Positions 60,875 through 64,000 of a DNA stretch of 64,000 nucleotides are shown here, one piece after another. Source of the stretch: an uncultured Dethiosulfovibrio sp. Its GTDB lineage: Bacteria > Synergistota > Synergistia > Synergistales > Dethiosulfovibrionaceae. The translations under genes were made by a program, and so were the position numbers. Location: positions 1,205,528 to 1,269,527 of the forward strand of contig OY763420.1 of NCBI GenBank assembly GCA_963667585.1, in the 5' to 3' direction. Position 1 is the first letter of the stretch. Each line of letters opens with the position of its first letter. The notes beneath the pieces are model-generated. The model saw only the letters and a program-made list of their open reading frames with translations, did not search any database and was not told the DNA's origin.

Positions 60875-62179
60875 ATGTTCGACATCCTAAGATTTATCGA
60901 GACCAAAAGGGATGGGGGAAACAACGGAGCGGAGGATCTCAAGGTTTTCGTCCGTTCTATAATGGAGGGCTCCGTCAAAGATTACCACGTGGCGGCGTGG
61001 CTCATGGCGGTATACCTCAACGGCATGGCGGAAGATGAGTTACTGGCCTTTACCGATGCCCTTGCGAACTCTGGAGAGGTGGTTTCCTTCGGGCGAGGGG
61101 TAAAGACGGTGGATAAACACAGTACCGGAGGGGTCGGCGATAAGGCAACCCTTATATTGGTGCCTCTGGTGGCAGCCTGTGGCCTATCGGTGGCTAAACT
61201 CAGCGGAAGGGGCCTTGGCTTTACCGGCGGTACCGTGGATAAGCTTGAATCTATCCCAGGTTTTAAGGTCGACATGACCCTGGAGGACTTTAAGTCTCAG
61301 GTGGAGGAGATCGGATGTGCCGTCGCAGGCCATTCCCCGGACCTCGCCCCTGCGGAGGCGTTTTTTTACGAGCTAAGGGATGTCACCGCTACGGTTCCCT
61401 CTCTGCCCCTTATTTGCTCCAGTATAGTCAGCAAGAAAATAGCTGGAGGGGCGGATAGCTTCGTCTTTGACGTCAAGTACGGTTCCGGTGCCTTTATGAG
61501 CGATCTGGAGGACGCAAAAAAACTCGCTGAATCTCTGGTGGACCTCTCCAAAAGGATGGGACACCCTAGCTCCGCTCTTTTAACCTCTATGGACGAGCCT
61601 CTAGGTAAATGGATAGGAAACTCTATGGAGGTATTTGAATCGGTGGAGGTCCTTACAAATTCGGGCCCTGAGGATACCACAGAGCTGTGTCTAGCTCTAG
61701 CGGGCGAGATGCTCCTTAACGGAGGCGTCGTAACCACCCCGGAAGAAGGTGTCGAGATGGCAAGATCGGCCCTGGTGGAGGGAAGAGGGCTTAAAAAACT
61801 GGCGGAGTTAGTAGTCAGACAGGGTGGACCGGCGGACTTAGTCGATTATCCTTCAAAATATCTACGCCCTAGCCCTCTGGTATACGAGCTAAAGGCCCAA
61901 GGGGACGGATTTATATCCTCCGTAAACACAAGGTTTATAGGTGAGGGGATCCGTCGACTTGGAGGAGGAAGAAGCGACAAAGAGGAGTCCATCGATCCAG
62001 GGGCAGCGCTAGAGATTATGGTGAAAATCGGGGACAAGATCAAAACCGGGGACGTCATAATGAACTGCTATTCCGACGATCCTTCCTCCGTGGATTACGC
62101 CAGAGAATACCTCGATCGTAGCTGGACGGTGGACGTAGAGGCGGTCCGCCCTCCGCTCATTCTAGGGAGGATCGATTAG
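60875..62179 (+). CDS. pdp: Pyrimidine-nucleoside/thymidine phosphorylase
   Basis: DKHSTGGVGDK, KLSGRGLGFTGGTVDKLESIPG, LRDVTATV, SIVSKK, DVKYGSGAFM. Confidence 0.96.
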   Translation: MFDILRFIETKRDGGNNGAEDLKVFVRSIMEGSVKDYHVAAWLMAVYLNGMAEDELLAFTDALANSGEVVSFGRGVKTVDKHSTGGVGDKATLILVPLVAACGLSVAKLSGRGLGFTGGTVDKLESIPGFKVDMTLEDFKSQVEEIGCAVAGHSPDLAPAEAFFYELRDVTATVPSLPLICSSIVSKKIAGGADSFVFDVKYGSGAFMSDLEDAKKLAESLVDLSKRMGHPSSALLTSMDEPLGKWIGNSMEVFESVEVLTNSGPEDTTELCLALAGEMLLNGGVVTTPEEGVEMARSALVEGRGLKKLAELVVRQGGPADLVDYPSKYLRPSPLVYELKAQGDGFISSVNTRFIGEGIRRLGGGRSDKEESIDPGAALEIMVKIGDKIKTGDVIMNCYSDDPSSVDYAREYLDRSWTVDVEAVRPPLILGRID

Positions 62180-62182
62180 GGT

Positions 62183-62563
62183 ATGGCCTTTATCCTGAGG
62201 ATACTCAGGGCCCTTTTGCCTCTGTTTTTTTTCTATCTGGTGGGAAAGATCCTGCGAAACTTTATGGCCGTATATCGCTATCAGCACTATAGAGGTCAGG
62301 CTGGATCTGGTCAGCAAGGCGGTGGGCAGCAAAGGACTAGCAGCCACACCTCTAGAGAGGGCGACCCCTACGAGATTCTAGGGTGTCCTAGATCCAGCTC
62401 GAACGATGAGATAAAAAAGAGATACAGAGAGCAGATAGCCAAGTACCACCCCGATAGGTTTGTGGGGATGAGCCTAGACGACGATTTTGTAAAACTGGCA
62501 TCAAGCAAGTTTCAGGAGATACAGTCGGCTTACGATGCTATACGAAAGAGCAGAGGGTTTTAG
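62183..62563 (+). CDS. Small membrane-anchored J-domain protein
   Basis: N-terminal hydrophobic helix, G/Q-rich linker, DPYEILG...IKKRYR...YHPD...FQEIQSAYD. Confidence 0.9.
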   Translation: MAFILRILRALLPLFFFYLVGKILRNFMAVYRYQHYRGQAGSGQQGGGQQRTSSHTSREGDPYEILGCPRSSSNDEIKKRYREQIAKYHPDRFVGMSLDDDFVKLASSKFQEIQSAYDAIRKSRGF

Positions 62564-62573
62564 GCCACAGGGG

Positions 62574-62602
62574 TTTTCAATATCGGCTAAATGAGGTACA
62601 AT
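62574..62602 (+). promoter_or_regulatory. Probable promoter for tRNA-Sec
   Basis: TTTTCA, 17 bp, TACAAT (62597-62602), 16 nt before the tRNA. Confidence 0.5.
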
Positions 62603-62618
62603 ACGTCATGCTTCTTGC

Positions 62619-62717
62619 GGAAGCGAATGTGTCCTGGTGGGCGCCCCGGGCTTCAAACCCGCGAGGGGGGCGGTATAGGCCGTCTCCGGTGAGTTCGATT
62701 CTCACACGCTTCCGCCA
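62619..62717 (+). tRNA. selC: tRNA-Sec(UCA), 99 nt
   Basis: GGAAGCG/CGCTTCC acceptor, 6-bp D stem GTGTCC/GGGCGC with TGGT loop, CTTCAAA anticodon loop (UCA), long variable arm GGGGGCGG/CCGTCTCC, GTGAG-TTCGATT-CTCAC T arm, G73, encoded CCA. Confidence 0.93.
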
Positions 62718-62728
62718 AATAGGCTTTT

Positions 62729-62777
62729 AGGTGGCCGTTTCCCGAGCTTCACATCTCGGGAAACGGCCACCTTTTTT
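62729..62777 (+). terminator. Intrinsic terminator after tRNA-Sec
   Basis: AGGTGGCCGTTTCCCGAG-cttcacat-CTCGGGAAACGGCCACCT is a perfect 18-bp stem followed by a T run. Confidence 0.92.
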
Positions 62778-62890
62778 ACGTGTGAAAACGGAGGTATCGT
62801 AGGTCCTCTTGAGAAAATAAGGGGCCTTACAGGCCGTTTTGAGAGGTCGAAAAACCGCCACCCAGGCGGCTCAAACGAAAGTATCTCACT

Positions 62891-63018
62891 TGCATTGTGT
62901 TACATTGGGGCTTTGGGCCTAAATCCTCTGATAGCAAGGGATTGACTGTATAAGGACAAGAGGTTATTCTCGTCAAGAAAGTAACATAATGCGTTTATAT
63001 ATCACGTTGTGTTACTTT
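62891..63018. repeat. Three copies of a 13-bp motif (an inverted pair plus one distal copy); putative recombinase binding/resolution site
   Basis: TGCATTGTGTTAC (62891-62903), GTAACATAATGCG (62981-62993; reverse complement CGCATTATGTTAC), CACGTTGTGTTAC (63003-63015). The last two flank TTTATATAT and extend to AAAGTAACA/TGTTACTTT. Confidence 0.75.
62942..62970 (+). promoter_or_regulatory. Probable promoter of the short tyrosine recombinase
   Basis: TTGACT, 17 bp, TATTCT, immediately upstream of the inverted repeat. Confidence 0.65.
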
Positions 63019-63045
63019 AAGTGAGGCCAAAAAGGAGGGGCTATA

Positions 63046-63654
63046 GTGGAATTCGTGCAGCCTATAAGGGACAAGGCAAAAATAGACGGTATGAAAAAGC
63101 TGCTGAAAGCCAGCAATATGAGGGACTACGTTTTATTCACCTTAGGGATAAACTCTGGACTCAGAATATCCGATCTTCTGACGTTAACCGTTGGGGACGT
63201 GACCGCAAAAGGCAAAAAAACGCCCTCTATCTCCGACAGAATAACCTTAAAGGAAGCTAAGACAGGAAAGACCAAAAGCTTCCCCCTAGGGGATACCGCA
63301 AAAAAAGCCATAAGGGAGTACCTCAAGTCCAGAAAGTACGACTGCAGTGATCCAGAACAAAGATCGACGCCTCTTTTTCCCTCACGAAAAAGAGGCGTCG
63401 AAAAGGGATCGAGGTCTATCAGCAGAATTCAGGCCTACAGAATACTGAACGACGTCGCAAAGGTGGTGGGGATCGAGGAGAGAATAGGCACCCATACCCT
63501 GAGAAAAACCTTCGCTTACCACGCCTACCAGAGCGGTTACGACCTTTCGATGATACAGAAGCTGCTAAATCATTCATCCCCTGGGGTGACCTTGCGATAC
63601 ATAGGTATCACCCAGGACGAGATGGATAATGTATACCTCTCCTTGAACCTATAA
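63046..63654 (+). CDS. Short tyrosine recombinase/integrase (catalytic domain only, 202 aa)
   Basis: VQPIRD N-terminus, GINSGLRISDLL (R), EAKTGK (K), GTHTLRKTF (HxxR), LLNHSS (H), TLRYIG (Y). AGGAGG SD. Confidence 0.93.
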   Translation: MEFVQPIRDKAKIDGMKKLLKASNMRDYVLFTLGINSGLRISDLLTLTVGDVTAKGKKTPSISDRITLKEAKTGKTKSFPLGDTAKKAIREYLKSRKYDCSDPEQRSTPLFPSRKRGVEKGSRSISRIQAYRILNDVAKVVGIEERIGTHTLRKTFAYHAYQSGYDLSMIQKLLNHSSPGVTLRYIGITQDEMDNVYLSLNL

Positions 63655-63725
63655 GAGATCTCCTGCAATAGATTCTATAGGGATATAATCGCAAGGGAGA
63701 TAAATTACTGTTAGGAGGGAACAAC

Positions 63726-64000
63726 GTGAGTAACTATTATAGCGATAAACTCAAGGCAAACTCGTTGGTCGAAGTCTACGATACGGAGCTTCCAAGGGTC
63801 AATCAGTATCTCAAAAGCGAGATAGGTTTTGTGAGGGACAGGATAAGCGGAAGCCACAATATCCTGGAGATAGGATGTGGCTACGGCAGGATCATGAGGG
63901 AACTATCATCAGCTGCAATATCTATAACGGGAATAGACCTTTCAGCCGAGTCAATAGAGTTGGGGAAAGCCTATCTGTCCAATTATCCTAACTGTCGCTT
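63726..64000 (+). CDS. Class I SAM-dependent methyltransferase, 3' truncated by window edge (not in the ORF track)
   Basis: AGGAGG SD and GTG start. My translation reads MSNYYSDKLKANSLVEVYDTELPRVNQYLKSEIGFVRDRISGSHNILEIGCGYGRIMRELSSAAISITGIDLS, with motif I LEIGCGYG and post-I GIDLS. Confidence 0.85.
   Translation, partial: MSNYYSDKLKANSLVEVYDTELPRVNQYLKSEIGFVRDRISGSHNILEIGCGYGRIMRELSSAAISITGIDLSAESIELGKAYLSNYPNCR

Noticed and set aside
62857-62878. GGCTCAAACG near the island edge matches 10 nt of the 13.6-kb palindrome (reverse strand)
   Set aside because: A single 10-mer match is plausible by chance in 64 kb and no other arms are present.

Overview
Mostly core chromosome of an anaerobic diderm bacterium. 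I infer Synergistota, possibly Dethiosulfovibrio-like, from recalled 16S features and from Firmicutes-like gene order combined with an outer-membrane secretin; this needs a 16S search. Gene order on the + strand: mfd (partial), mazG, a carboxyltransferase without a biotin domain, a NifU-like domain, phoH, a 7TM-HD phosphodiesterase, ybeY, a CNNM/CorC protein, era, recO, glyQS and ppsR. Next come a bidirectional terminator and a 221-bp rod-shaped palindrome, then pbp1A on the - strand. These are followed by a complete rRNA operon (16S, tRNA-Ile, tRNA-Ala, 23S, 5S) and a 14-kb type IVa pilus locus (pilB, pilT, pilC, pilin, three minor pilins, pilY1, pilMNO, a PilP-position gene, secretin). The next block is efp with an unusual KMGRG tip, an acidic Zn-ribbon protein, asp23, a hypothetical protein, nusB, xseA, mtnA-ahcY-mtaD, alaS, ruvX, mutS, mutL, miaA, ispH and rpsA. 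After that come def, fmt, an uncharacterised P-loop protein, a four-subunit 2-oxoacid:ferredoxin oxidoreductase, a Nudix hydrolase, xerD, punA, pdp and a small membrane J-domain protein. The window ends with tRNA-Sec(UCA) and the start of a probable accessory region: a short tyrosine recombinase preceded by three copies of a 13-bp site, and a truncated SAM-dependent methyltransferase. Best leads are the coupled mtnA-ahcY-mtaD cluster (possible deamination-first SAH/MTA salvage), the recombinase with its sites next to tRNA-Sec, the palindromic element, the MshEN-bearing PilB, the Arg-tip EF-P and the P-loop protein heading the oxidoreductase genes. I saw no CRISPR array or transposase. All calls come from motif reading and synteny; no database search was run.
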